Shown piece by piece: positions 14,326 to 22,175 of a DNA stretch of 32,000 nt. The stretch is from the NCBI RefSeq assembly GCF_001644705.1, contig NZ_CP015137.1:1650001-1682000 (forward strand), written 5' to 3'. The notes under the pieces were generated by a model. That model did not search any database and was not told the DNA's origin. It saw only the letters and a program-made list of their open reading frames with translations. The translations under genes and the position numbers were made by a program. The stretch is from Dickeya solani IPO 2222. Its GTDB lineage: Bacteria > Pseudomonadota > Gammaproteobacteria > Enterobacterales > Enterobacteriaceae. The stretch's first letter is position 1, and every line of letters starts with the position of its first letter.

Positions 14326-15684
14326 ATGACGAAAGCACTGGATTCCACCTGGCTGGCAGAGCAGATCGACAACACGTCGATCAAAGAGATCGCCCAAATT
14401 ACCGCCGCCCTGATTCGTGAAGGGCGTATTCCCATCGGCACCCAGCTCCCTGCCGTACGGGAGCTGGCAGAGCGTCTGGGCGTGAGTCCGGCGACGGTTT
14501 CCGCCGCCTGGGGACAGTTGAAGCGGCAAAAAGTGATTGCCGGTAAAGGACGCAGCGGCGTCTGGGTTTGCGGCGACCACAACACGCCAAAACCGGTGAG
14601 GTTTGAAAAGATTGGCAATTACGGCAGCGGTATTCAGGCCGATTTGGCCATGGCATGTCCGGATCCGCAATTACTGCCGGACCTGCGGGACGCCATGCTG
14701 CAAGGGATACGCTCCGGCAAGTTGAACAGCTATCAACGCGACCTGATTACACCGACGCTGCGCCAGACGTTGGCGCAGAGCTGGCCGTTTCAGGCGCAGG
14801 CATTCATGGCTACCGACGGCGGCTTCGACGCCATGAACCTGATCATCCAGACGCTGGTATCACCGGGCGATAAAGTCATCATTGAAGATCCCACCGCGAC
14901 CCGACTGCTGGATATGCTGGATAACGTCGGCGCCGAACTGCTGGCGCTGGCCTGCGATGAACAGGGGCCGCGACCCGACGTGCTGGAAATGCAGTTGAGG
15001 AAATCGCCTATCATGTTCATCTACCAGCCCCGTACCCACTCCGCCGCCGGACATACCGTCAGCGAAAGCCGCAGTGCCGAACTGGCGCGCCTGCTTGCGG
15101 ATAGCGCGACACTGGTGGTAGAAGACGACGGCATCGGCGAACTGTCCGCCTGGCCGGTCTGGAGCCTCGGGCGTTACTACCCGGAAAGAACGCTGCACGT
15201 GCGTTCGTTTTCCAAAGCCTACGGCCCGGATTTGCGGTTGGCGGTCCTATCCGGCCCGGAGTCGCTGGTCAAACGCCTGCAATCGTTTCGCAACTTCGGC
15301 GCCAGTTGGACCAGCCGCATTCTGCAGGATGCCGTGGCCTGGATGCTGACCGATCCGACGACTCAACGCAAACTGCAACAGGCCCGCGACTGCTATGCCG
15401 AGCGCCGCCGCCTGCTGCTGAAGGCGTTGGCCCGCCGCGGGCTGCATCTGCCCGATCGTGACGGCTTGAGCATTTACCTTCCCGTCGAGTCCGAGCAGTT
15501 CGCCATGATTACCCTGGCCGCGCGCGGCATCGCCGTATTGCCGGGAGAGCGTTGCCGCTGCGGCGGCGCGCAGTTTATTCGCGTCAGCACTTCAATGCTG
15601 AACGAGGATCAGGTGGAAAGCATTGCCGATGCGCTGGTACTCGCCGCCGGCATGGAGATAGGCGGGCATCACGCCGATCTCTGA
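14326..15684 (+). CDS. MocR/GabR-subfamily GntR regulator (wHTH plus PLP aminotransferase-like domain)
   Basis: 452-aa ORF. The N-terminal GntR wHTH is LPAVRELAERLGVSPATVSAAWGQLKRQKVIAGKGRSGVWV. A linker and a fold-type I aminotransferase domain follow, with the candidate PLP lysine in SFSKAYGPDLRLA. Confidence 0.88.
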   Translation: MTKALDSTWLAEQIDNTSIKEIAQITAALIREGRIPIGTQLPAVRELAERLGVSPATVSAAWGQLKRQKVIAGKGRSGVWVCGDHNTPKPVRFEKIGNYGSGIQADLAMACPDPQLLPDLRDAMLQGIRSGKLNSYQRDLITPTLRQTLAQSWPFQAQAFMATDGGFDAMNLIIQTLVSPGDKVIIEDPTATRLLDMLDNVGAELLALACDEQGPRPDVLEMQLRKSPIMFIYQPRTHSAAGHTVSESRSAELARLLADSATLVVEDDGIGELSAWPVWSLGRYYPERTLHVRSFSKAYGPDLRLAVLSGPESLVKRLQSFRNFGASWTSRILQDAVAWMLTDPTTQRKLQQARDCYAERRRLLLKALARRGLHLPDRDGLSIYLPVESEQFAMITLAARGIAVLPGERCRCGGAQFIRVSTSMLNEDQVESIADALVLAAGMEIGGHHADL

Positions 15685-15816
15685 TCCCGCCGTTGCGCGC
15701 CGACGCGCGTTTGGGGCCACGCACAACGACCGGTACGTCGGATAGCGGATATCAAAAACATCAAACGTGTTTTTCAACGACGCCGCGTCAGGGCGACGAA
15801 TCGGGATGTAAGCCAT

Positions 15817-15853
15817 AAAAAAACCGCAGGGAGAACCTGCGGTTTGGTTTTTT
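15817..15853. terminator. Bidirectional rho-independent terminator (mocR-like gene / fkpA)
   Basis: aaaaaaaCCGCAGGgagaaCCTGCGGtttggtttttt. The stem is a perfect 10 bp counting the A-U pairs, with a 5-nt loop. An A-tract lies on one side and a T-tract on the other, between convergent genes. Confidence 0.8.
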
Positions 15854-15867
15854 CAAGCCCGGAATAA

Positions 15868-16674
15868 TTACTGGGCGGTTTTCTGAGCCTTCTCGTCAGC
15901 CGGCTTTTCCGCTTTCGGCGCAGCGCCTTTAGCGTCGGCATCCGATTTGATGTCCAGCAGTTCGACTTCGAACACCAGCGTGGAGTTAGCCGGGATCCCC
16001 GGAACGCCCGCTTCGCCGTAAGCCAGTGTCGGCGGGATCACCAGCTTGATCTTGCCGCCTTTCTTCACATGCTTGAGGCCTTCGGTCCAGCCCGGGATTA
16101 CACCGTCCAGACGGAAAGACAGCGGTTCGCCACGCTTGTAGGAGTTGTCGAACTCGGAACCGTCAACCAGCGTGCCTTTGTAGTTCACCACCACGGTATC
16201 GCTGTCTTTCGGCGAGCTTCCAGTCCCTTCCTTCTCTACCTGATAGAGCAGGCCGGACTCGGTTTTCTTCACGCCTTTTTCTTTGGCGAAAGCATCACGG
16301 AATTTGGTGCCTTTATCCGCGTTGTCTTTGGCATCCTGCTGCATTTTGGCCTGAGCCGCTTCTTTCACTCGGCCTTCAAACGACTGCAGGGTTTTCTCGA
16401 TCTCTTCGTCAGACAGCTTGCTCTTGTCGGCAAACGCGTCCTGCACACCCTGAATCAGCTGTTGCTTGTCCAGTTTGATGCCCAGCTTTTCCTGCTCTTT
16501 CAGGGAGTTGTCCATGTAGCGACCCAGCGACGCACCCAGTGCGTAGGCTGCGGCTTCTTCATCGCTCTTGAATTTGCCCGCCGCCGCTTTCGCTGCGTCC
16601 GCCGCCATAACACCTGTACTCAGCGCCAGTCCCATGGCTGCCGTCAGCAGTGTGACTTTAAACAGTGATTTCAT
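15868..16674 (-). CDS. fkpA: Periplasmic FKBP-type peptidyl-prolyl isomerase FkpA
   Basis: Track ORF 15868..16701, trimmed to the ATG at 16674 (MKSLFKVTLLTAAMGLALSTGVMA..., 268 aa). It contains long stretches identical to E. coli FkpA as I remember it, such as AYALGASLGRYM.NSLKEQEKLGIKLDK and GEPLSFRLDGVIPGWTEGLK. Confidence 0.95.
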   Translation of the reverse strand: MKSLFKVTLLTAAMGLALSTGVMAADAAKAAAGKFKSDEEAAAYALGASLGRYMDNSLKEQEKLGIKLDKQQLIQGVQDAFADKSKLSDEEIEKTLQSFEGRVKEAAQAKMQQDAKDNADKGTKFRDAFAKEKGVKKTESGLLYQVEKEGTGSSPKDSDTVVVNYKGTLVDGSEFDNSYKRGEPLSFRLDGVIPGWTEGLKHVKKGGKIKLVIPPTLAYGEAGVPGIPANSTLVFEVELLDIKSDADAKGAAPKAEKPADEKAQKTAQ

Positions 16675-16887
16675 CCATCTCTCCAACATTCGGAGCACCA
16701 TGCCCCGGCAACATTAACATTTCGCCAGCTACTATAACGTTGCGCGCAAAGACAATACAACGACGCGCCGCACCGGATAGCGAAAAATTCTGAATGCCAG
16801 GATTTACGCCCGACGGCGTATGGTTTTACTACCAGAACTTTCCGCTTTCTGACACACTCTGCGCTCACTGCACGGGAGGGAAAAAAG

Positions 16888-17106
16888 ATGTCATTGTCAG
16901 CACTGGAGCAACGGCTCGAATTACTGGAAAGTCGCCTGGCTTTTCAGGAAGCCACCATTGAGGAATTGAATCAGACCGTGGTGCAGCACGAACTGGAAAT
17001 GATCCGACTGCGCGAACAACTGCGGCTCATGACCGAAAAACTGCGGGCGACATCGCCATCAATGATTGCCTCGCAGGCGGAAGAGACGCCGCCGCCACAT
17101 TATTAA
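16888..17106 (+). CDS. slyX: SlyX protein
   Basis: 72-aa [38 protein letters not shown].... A coiled-coil SlyX family member with a GGGAGGG SD sequence. Divergent from fkpA, as in E. coli. Confidence 0.93.
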   Translation: MSLSALEQRLELLESRLAFQEATIEELNQTVVQHELEMIRLREQLRLMTEKLRATSPSMIASQAEETPPPHY

Positions 17107-17151
17107 CTAACCCAGTTAACCCGGCCATCGTGACCCGCCAATCGCGACAGG

Positions 17152-18195
17152 CTACGCCTTACGCCACTGCCGCGGGCTGATGCCGAACCAGCGACGGAAC
17201 GCGCGGGAAAAGGCGCTGACTTCAGAGTACCCCAGCAGGAACGCCATCTCGGAAATCGACAGTTGGCGCTGCTGCAGATAGTGGGTCGCCATCTCGCATC
17301 GCACCTTCTCCACCAGTTGGGTGAAAGTAATACCTTCATCTTTCAGCCGCCGTTGCAGCGACCAGCTCGATAGACCGATGTTCTCCGCCACTTCTTCCAG
17401 CGACGGCTCGCCTTGCGGCAACACCTGACGCAACCGGGCACGCGCCATATCCACCACGCTCTGCTGGGGAATATCGCTGTTCAGCCGGCGCAGGGAATCC
17501 TGCACCACCAGCAACAACAGCGGATCATGATCCGGCATAGTTCGCATCAGGTCGCGTTTGGGGATCAGCAGGGAATTGAACGGTTGATCGAAGTAAACCG
17601 GCGCGTCGAACGCCTTGCAGTGCTCATGCCACTGTTCAGGACGAGGATGTTCAAAATGCACTTCCCGCGGCGCCCAGTTTTTGCCTGCCGCATGACGAAT
17701 CAGGTTCAACATCATCCCCAGCGTCAGTTCCGCATCCTGACGGCAGTGCAGGATGGCGCCGTGACGCACCTGATAGTCAAAGCGCCAGCAGTCGCCCTTG
17801 TCCACCAGACGGATCAGCGTATCGTGCTGATGAAAGGGAAAGGCATTGACTACGTTATGCAATGCCTGCTCCAGAGTGGCACTGCATAACCCAACATAGC
17901 CTATCAACCCCAGCGCCTGCGGCTTAAACTGCCGGCCGTAATGCAGCCCGAAATTGTCGCAATCCGAATAGCGGGCGGCTTCCTCCAGCACCCGGCAGTA
18001 ATTCACCAGCCCGACACTGAGCGTGGGGCAGGCCAGCAATTCCGGATTGATGCCGCTGATGCCCAGAATGCGATCCGCATCGCCCCCTTTTTCACCGATG
18101 AAATCGGTCAGACCCGATGCGGCGGCGGCCAGAACGCCCCGATGCCCGATGGGCAGCTCGGCGACCGGCGGCAGCCGAAAAGACGTGGTTTCCAT
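17152..18195 (-). CDS. AraC-family transcriptional regulator with an N-terminal ligand-binding domain
   Basis: Track ORF 17152..18252, trimmed to the ATG at 18195 (METTSFRLPPV..., 347 aa). The C-terminal double HTH reads ...IGLSSWSLQRRLKDEGITFTQLVEKVRCEMATHYL...ISEMAFLLGYSEVSAFSRAFRRWFGISPRQWR. The start choice is uncertain. Confidence 0.85.
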   Translation of the reverse strand: METTSFRLPPVAELPIGHRGVLAAAASGLTDFIGEKGGDADRILGISGINPELLACPTLSVGLVNYCRVLEEAARYSDCDNFGLHYGRQFKPQALGLIGYVGLCSATLEQALHNVVNAFPFHQHDTLIRLVDKGDCWRFDYQVRHGAILHCRQDAELTLGMMLNLIRHAAGKNWAPREVHFEHPRPEQWHEHCKAFDAPVYFDQPFNSLLIPKRDLMRTMPDHDPLLLLVVQDSLRRLNSDIPQQSVVDMARARLRQVLPQGEPSLEEVAENIGLSSWSLQRRLKDEGITFTQLVEKVRCEMATHYLQQRQLSISEMAFLLGYSEVSAFSRAFRRWFGISPRQWRKA

Positions 18196-18346
18196 AATTC
18201 CTGCCTTACACACAACCGACCAAATATCAGAAACCTGCAATTTCCATACCATTCACAAGTTACTGATTTAACTGGTGTCGTAAGACAGAGCGGCACCATG
18301 GCGATCCCACGGTGCGCTGTTGTGGTGCAGTTGCCGCGACGCAGGA

Positions 18347-19363
18347 TCAGACGCCGACCGGCAGCGCTTCCTTGTCCAGATAGCGGCGACATAACCGCAC
18401 GGTGTGATCGCTCCAGTCCGCTCCCAAACCGATCGCCTGTTCGGTTTGGCTATGGGAACCCGCCCAGGCCATCAACTGAATGCGGCGTTGGATCAACAGC
18501 GACGGGATCACCGCCCGATCCGCCTCGCTAAGCGGACATACGCGCTGATAGCCGCTGAGCCAGCCTTCCACCCACGCGGGCGCGCTGGGATGATGCTCCA
18601 CGAAACTGATCGCCGCCGCCAGATCGTGCAGATACCAGCTGAAGCCGCAATCGTCAAAATCGATCACCCGGGTTTCGCCGTTCAGCAACAACAGGTTGGT
18701 CAGGCGCAAATCCGCGTGAATCAAGCCATAGCGCTGGCTGTCTTTGCCATAGTGCGTTAGCGCGTCGCGCACCCGCGCCAGTGTTTCCTTGATGATGCCG
18801 TGGTCTTCCACCTTCAGGTTGGGCGCATCCTGCCAGCGCCCCCAGTGACCGTGCGCCCCGACCATGGTGTCGTGGTCCCAGACCAGACGACGAAAACCGG
18901 TTGGGCGCGTCCAGCGGCGACTGTGCTGATGCAAACGGGCGGTGATCACGCCTAATTGCTCAAAGGCGGCGGCATCGACGGCCGTGGTCGGCATCTCGCC
19001 TTCAATCCAGTGAAACAGCACCACATTGCGCACCGTGCCATCTTCCATCGTCACCGTTTGCACCGTCTCGCCATCCAGCCCGGCCAGCGCCTGCGGCACC
19101 GTAATCCCCTCTTCCCGCAGCGCATCCAGCCAGGCCAGTTCGCCGGCGATATCCTCGCGCTGATGGTAGCCAGGCCGGTGAATGCGCATCGCGTAACGTT
19201 TACCGCCCGCGACCAGCCGATAGGTAGCGTTTTCCGAACGGCACAGCAGGGAGAGCTGCCCCTGCAACGCAGACGGGTAACGTTTCATGGCCAGTGCGGC
19301 CAGTTGGTCCAACGTGATGTTATCAAGGGTATCGTACTGTTCTGCCATGTCCTGTTCTGCCAT
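18347..19363 (-). CDS. APH/choline-kinase-fold phosphotransferase (small-molecule kinase, substrate unknown)
   Basis: The track ORF 18347..19381 begins at TTG. I prefer the ATG at 19363 (MAEQDMAEQYD..., 338 aa). The catalytic loop is LIHADLRLTNLLL (HxDxxxxN) and the Mg-binding motif is VIDFDD. The N-lobe reads SENATYRL...YAMRIHRP. Confidence 0.8.
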   Translation of the reverse strand: MAEQDMAEQYDTLDNITLDQLAALAMKRYPSALQGQLSLLCRSENATYRLVAGGKRYAMRIHRPGYHQREDIAGELAWLDALREEGITVPQALAGLDGETVQTVTMEDGTVRNVVLFHWIEGEMPTTAVDAAAFEQLGVITARLHQHSRRWTRPTGFRRLVWDHDTMVGAHGHWGRWQDAPNLKVEDHGIIKETLARVRDALTHYGKDSQRYGLIHADLRLTNLLLLNGETRVIDFDDCGFSWYLHDLAAAISFVEHHPSAPAWVEGWLSGYQRVCPLSEADRAVIPSLLIQRRIQLMAWAGSHSQTEQAIGLGADWSDHTVRLCRRYLDKEALPVGV

Positions 19364-19634
19364 ACGTGTTATCTCATCCAAAGAGGGCCAGACCGGGTAG
19401 CGCCCGAGTGATAAGGGCGACGCCTGGCTCTCAGGATGTGATCACTGCCGTTACGATGCTTGACGTCGCAGCGCCGCAAATTGACCGTACGCAACACCCA
19501 CCGGTCGAATTCCCCCGGTTTGACCGCAGAGCGCAAAAATCTCCGTGCGGATGTCAAGTCGCCAGCTGACCGTCAGCGGCATTATCGAAACATGCGGACC
19601 TGGCAGGCGTGCCCGCCGCAGACAAGAGCAAAAC

Positions 19635-19736
19635 GGTTGTTACGACCCGATGATTGTTACAGCCCGATGATTGCTACAACACGATGATTGTTACAACCCG
19701 ATGATTTTTATAACCAACTGATTCTTATAAATAGGG
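19635..19736 (+). repeat. Six head-to-tail 17-bp direct repeats, consensus GATTGTTACAACCCGAT
   Basis: The units start at 19635, 19652, 19669, 19686, 19703 and 19720. By my count they match the consensus at 15, 16, 15, 17, 12 and 10 of 17 positions. The array ends 50 nt before the eat ATG. The last two units decay into AT-rich sequence containing TATAAAT (19726-19732). Confidence 0.9.
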
Positions 19737-19785
19737 GTGATGGAAACCGGCTGTTTTCATCCCGCTTCTTGTATGGGAGAGCGTC

Positions 19786-21153
19786 ATGACAATGCAGTTA
19801 AAACCCACCCTGGGTACGCTTCATCTGTGGGGGATCGCCGTCGGTCTGGTGATTTCCGGCGAATACTTTGGCTGGAGCTACGGCTGGGGCGTGGCGGGAA
19901 CGCTGGGCTTTCTCGTCACCACCCTGATTATCGCCGCCATGTATACCTGTTTTATTTTCAGCTTTACTGAACTGACCACCGCCATTCCTCACGCTGGCGG
20001 CCCGTTCGCCTACAGCCGTCGCGCGTTTGGCGAAACCGGCGGTCTGATCGCCGGCATGGCGACCCTGATCGAGTTCGTCTTCGCCCCGCCGTCGATCGCG
20101 ATGGCCATCGGTGCTTACCTCAACGTGCAGTATCCGTCGCTGGACCCGCGCTACGCAGCCACCGGCGCCTACCTGATCTTCATGACGCTGAATATTCTGG
20201 GTGTGAAACTGGCGGCGATGTTCGAACTGTTTGTCACCGTGCTGGCGGTTATTGAGCTCTTGGTGTTCATGGGTGTGGTGGCGCCGGGTTTCAGCATCAG
20301 CCACTTTGTCGCCAACGGCTGGGCGGGCAGCGACCAATTCGGCAGCCCGGCTATCTCCGGCATCTTCGCCGCCATTCCTTTCGCCATCTGGTTCTTTCTG
20401 GCGATTGAAGGCGCCGCTATGGCCGCCGAAGAAGCCAAAGACCCGCAGCGCACTATCCCCAAAGCCTATATCAGCGGCATCATCACGCTGGTAGTGCTGG
20501 CGCTCGGGGTGATGATCATGGCTGGCGGCGTAGGTGACTGGCGTACCCTGTCCAACATCAACGATCCGCTGCCGCAGGCGATGAAAGCGGTGGTGGGCGC
20601 AAACTCCGGCTGGATGCACATGCTGGTGTGGATCGGGCTATTCGGACTGATCGCCAGTTTCCACGGCATCATTCTCGGCTACTCCCGCCAGTTCTTTGCG
20701 CTGGCTCGCGCCGGTTACCTGCCTGCCGGTCTGGCAAAACTGTCTCGTTTCCAGACGCCGCACCGCGCCATTCTGACCGGTGGGGTGATTGGCATCGCCA
20801 CCATCTTTAGCGACAGCTGGATCAATCTGCAGGGGATGAGCCTGACCGCGGCGATGATCACCATGGCCGTGTTCGGCGCCAACGTGATGTACCTGATGAG
20901 CATGCTGAGCCTGTTCCGCCTGCGCCGTACTGAGCCGGACCTGCATCGCACTTTCCATGCCCCAGGCTACCCAGTCATCCCGGCTATCGCACTGGTGCTG
21001 TCGGTGGTATGCCTGATAGCCATGCTGTGGTTTAACCCGGTGATTGGCGGCTTGTTCATCGTGCTGATGTTGGCGGGTTACAGCTATTTCCTGATGACCC
21101 GCGCTCAACGCGACAATGCCCCGCAGGACGCGATGTTGATGGGGAAAGAGTGA
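19786..21153 (+). CDS. eat: APC-superfamily permease, Eat-type putative ethanolamine permease
   Basis: 455-aa ORF, about 12 TM helices. The N-terminal block LGTLHLWGIAVGLVISGEYFGWSYGW...MYTCFIFSFTELTTAIPHAGGPFAYSRRAFG matches the ethanolamine permease (Eat/EutP) family as I remember it from Pseudomonas. A GGGAGA SD sequence is present. Confidence 0.82.
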   Translation: MTMQLKPTLGTLHLWGIAVGLVISGEYFGWSYGWGVAGTLGFLVTTLIIAAMYTCFIFSFTELTTAIPHAGGPFAYSRRAFGETGGLIAGMATLIEFVFAPPSIAMAIGAYLNVQYPSLDPRYAATGAYLIFMTLNILGVKLAAMFELFVTVLAVIELLVFMGVVAPGFSISHFVANGWAGSDQFGSPAISGIFAAIPFAIWFFLAIEGAAMAAEEAKDPQRTIPKAYISGIITLVVLALGVMIMAGGVGDWRTLSNINDPLPQAMKAVVGANSGWMHMLVWIGLFGLIASFHGIILGYSRQFFALARAGYLPAGLAKLSRFQTPHRAILTGGVIGIATIFSDSWINLQGMSLTAAMITMAVFGANVMYLMSMLSLFRLRRTEPDLHRTFHAPGYPVIPAIALVLSVVCLIAMLWFNPVIGGLFIVLMLAGYSYFLMTRAQRDNAPQDAMLMGKE

Positions 21154-21180
21154 CTGGCCTCATTCGCTGATGCCGTTTTA

Positions 21181-21202
21181 GCGCCTCCCGATCGGGAGGC
21201 GC
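21181..21202. terminator. Perfect 9-bp GC-rich hairpin between convergent eat and the CPBP gene
   Basis: GCGCCTCCC-gatc-GGGAGGCGC. The flanks are only weakly T/A-rich, so function as an intrinsic terminator is plausible but not certain. Confidence 0.5.
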
Positions 21203-21206
21203 ATTG

Positions 21207-22016
21207 CTATACTCCGCGCTGCAGCATCGGATAAGTGAAAAACAGCAGGTGGCACAGGTTCAGACCAAAGTGAAACAGCGTGGCGACCCACAGCCGCCCG
21301 CTCCACATCCAGGCCAAACCGTACAGCAAGCCCGCCAGCGCGGCAAACGCCATCAGCATCGCTCCACCGGGAAAATGCAGTGCGCCAAACAGCAGCGCCG
21401 ACACCGGTAGCGCCAGCCACGGCGACATCACGCCCGCTAACCGCTGTTGCAGGTAACCGCGAAACAATGCCTCTTCCGCCAGCGATACAAAAAACAGGTT
21501 AGCCAGCATAAAAGACCACAACCACGATGGATTGTGGATTTCCAGCTTCAACCCACCCGCCAACAGCAGCATCGGAACAGCCAGCGCCAGCAGGCACCAC
21601 ACCCATTTGCCCAGCGAACGCACCGGCGATGATGAAAATAACGTCGGCATACAGGCCAGCAATACAAACGGAATCAACGCCTTGTCGAGATTGAAATACA
21701 TCGAAAACGCCGTGCTTTGCGGGCCGACATATACGTTATCAACCACTTTGGGGTTATCAAATCCGGGCGCCAGATGCAGGGTTAGCGCAACCACGCCAAC
21801 CACCAGAAGGATTTCCGTCACACCTCTCACGACGACATGAGAGCGGTACGCTGCTCGTATCGTCATAACCAGCCCCAACAGCGCCAGAAAACCCGCGCCG
21901 GACCAGGCCAGCACGCTATTGCCCAGCCCCCATGCCAGAGTCGCCAGCAATAACAAGACAGCGATGGTTCGGTTGAATTGCAGCGTCAGCAACGACCCTG
22001 CCAGCATTATCCACAT
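21207..22016 (-). CDS. CPBP (CAAX protease / Abi) family intramembrane glutamic endopeptidase
   Basis: Track ORF 21207..22100, trimmed to the ATG at 22016 (MWIMLAGSLL..., 269 aa) behind an AGGAGAGGA SD sequence. Polytopic membrane protein. All three CPBP motifs are present: EEALFR (EExxxR), FGALH (FxxxH) and HFGLN (HxxxN). Confidence 0.8.
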   Translation of the reverse strand: MWIMLAGSLLTLQFNRTIAVLLLLATLAWGLGNSVLAWSGAGFLALLGLVMTIRAAYRSHVVVRGVTEILLVVGVVALTLHLAPGFDNPKVVDNVYVGPQSTAFSMYFNLDKALIPFVLLACMPTLFSSSPVRSLGKWVWCLLALAVPMLLLAGGLKLEIHNPSWLWSFMLANLFFVSLAEEALFRGYLQQRLAGVMSPWLALPVSALLFGALHFPGGAMLMAFAALAGLLYGLAWMWSGRLWVATLFHFGLNLCHLLFFTYPMLQRGV

Positions 22017-22036
22017 CTTTCGGGTTCCTCTCCTTT

Positions 22037-22075
22037 TTTCGTCATAAAATCGGGCTCTTTCGTCATAAAATCGGG
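22037..22075 (-). repeat. Two perfect 18-bp direct repeats TTTCGTCATAAAATCGGG, period 21 bp
   Basis: Copies at 22037-22054 and 22058-22075, starting 21 nt upstream of the CPBP ATG. The reverse complement CCCGATTTTATGACGAAA shares the core GATTTT(C)ATGACGA with the 22176-22226 repeats. Confidence 0.9.
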
Positions 22076-22175
22076 TTCGCGAGGCAATCCGGCCTGCCAT
22101 ACGATACTGGTGAGGAAAGAGTAACCCGCTCCGCTGACTAACGCCGTTTCAACGCTTCCCGGCCGGGAGGCCCGG

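Noticed and set aside
16835-16852. SigmaE-like GAACTT ... TCTGA upstream of slyX
   Set aside because: The spacer is 7 nt, against roughly 16 nt for RpoE promoters. The resemblance is coincidental.
17107-17151. Island boundary scars (att-like direct repeats, integrase or IS remnants) at the slyX/AraC and yheO/eptA junctions
   Set aside because: I could not identify repeated flanking sequence or any recombinase-like ORF by eye. A proper check needs alignment to empty-site genomes.
19635-19736. Possible CRISPR array (regular short repeats)
   Set aside because: The units abut directly with no spacers and are only 17 bp long. The window contains no cas genes. This is a tandem direct repeat, not a CRISPR array.
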